A stretch of 64,000 bases of DNA from Octopus sinensis (lineage: Eukaryota): the NCBI RefSeq assembly GCF_006345805.1, contig NC_043003.1, positions 22,320,001 through 22,384,000 of the forward strand, given 5' to 3'. Below the pieces are notes generated by a model that saw nothing but the letters and a program-made list of their open reading frames with translations, did no database searches and was not told where the DNA came from. Shown here one piece after another: positions 63,245 through 64,000 of this stretch (position 1 is the first letter of the stretch; each line of letters starts with the position of its first letter). The translations under genes were made by a program, and so were the position numbers.

Positions 63245-63830
63245 TTATTGGATAGTGGATTAGCAGAATTGTTAGGACATTGGACAAAATGCTTTGTGGT
63301 AATCAGTTATGGCCTTTTACAATCTAAGTTTAAATCCTGTTTAAGTCAGTATGAGCTTTCATATTTCAGTAGGCAATAACAATAAATAGCAGCCTAATAG
63401 TGGGGTTGATATAATCCTCTGTTCCCATCAAATATGTGGTCTGGTGCCTGTTAGAAATTATTAAAGCAACAAGCTGGCTGAATTGTTAGTGCATTTGAGA
63501 AAATGGTTCATGGTGTCTCTCCTGGCTTTTTATGTTCTGAGTTCAAATATCACCAAGTCAACTTTGCCTTTCATCTTTTCGAGTCAATAAAAACTACTAG
63601 TGAAATGCTGGGGTTGATGTGCTCAACTTTTCAGAAACTTTTGGCTCTGTGTCAGTATCTGAAACTATTATTACTATTATTAAGGTGGAAAGCTGGCAGA
63701 GTTGTTAGCATGCTGGATGAAATGCTTAGCAGTACTTCACCCATTGCTATGTACCGAGTTCAAAATTCCGCTCAGGTCAACTTTGCCTTTCATCCTTTCA
63801 GGGTTGATAAATTAAGTACCAGTAAAACAT
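63245..63830 (+). mobile_element. Head-to-tail cluster of three SINE family A copies
   Basis: Three gcaga/gctga-attgttag...caactttgcctttcatc units separated by ATT-rich linkers. Confidence 0.75.
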
Positions 63831-64000
63831 AATTATCAGTGAAATGATGATGTAATTGGTGGTTGTATATGTAGGGGTTCCAATGCATTGCTTTGCCTGA
63901 GGGTCTATATTGATGTCAAGAAGGCCCTGCCACCCACTCTCTTTCTATTGGTGTTTCTGTGTGTAGTTATATATTACAGATGTGTGGTCTTGTGTGTGAA

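Overview
Eukaryotic, AT-rich DNA dominated by repeats and microsatellites. The repeat landscape (dense (CA)n/(TA)n/(CT)n tracts, tRNA-derived SINEs, RTE and CR1/L2 LINE tails) suggests a coleoid cephalopod, probably Octopus; this is inference, not a database match. One protein-coding gene is supported, the 3' part of a + strand KANK-family gene (KN motif and ankyrin repeat). Eight GT-AG exons between 26307 and 60165 splice in frame and encode a Ser/acidic tract, a helical region before the ankyrin repeats, the ankyrin repeats and a short basic/Ser tail. The upstream KANK exons were not found, so 1-26306 is probably one long intron. Almost all other ORFs in the supplied track are microsatellite artefacts. 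The introns hold several SINE families, RTE and CR1/L2 3' fragments, and piggyBac-, mariner-, pogo- and hAT-type MITEs. The most interesting unexplained signal is a set of short unrelated elements carrying degenerate minimal type-I hammerhead-ribozyme motifs (about 0.8, 4.7, 39.4, 45.6 and 60.8 kb), several with fold-back ends or as inverted pairs. Long fold-back palindromes also occur at 19.2, 26.8 and 43.2 kb, two of them embedded in (TA)n. The architecture resembles the termini of Penelope-like elements or retrozymes. All copies seen here are mutated, so activity is unproven. Repeat boundaries were read by eye and are approximate (about +/-10-20 nt); exon boundaries were counted base by base.
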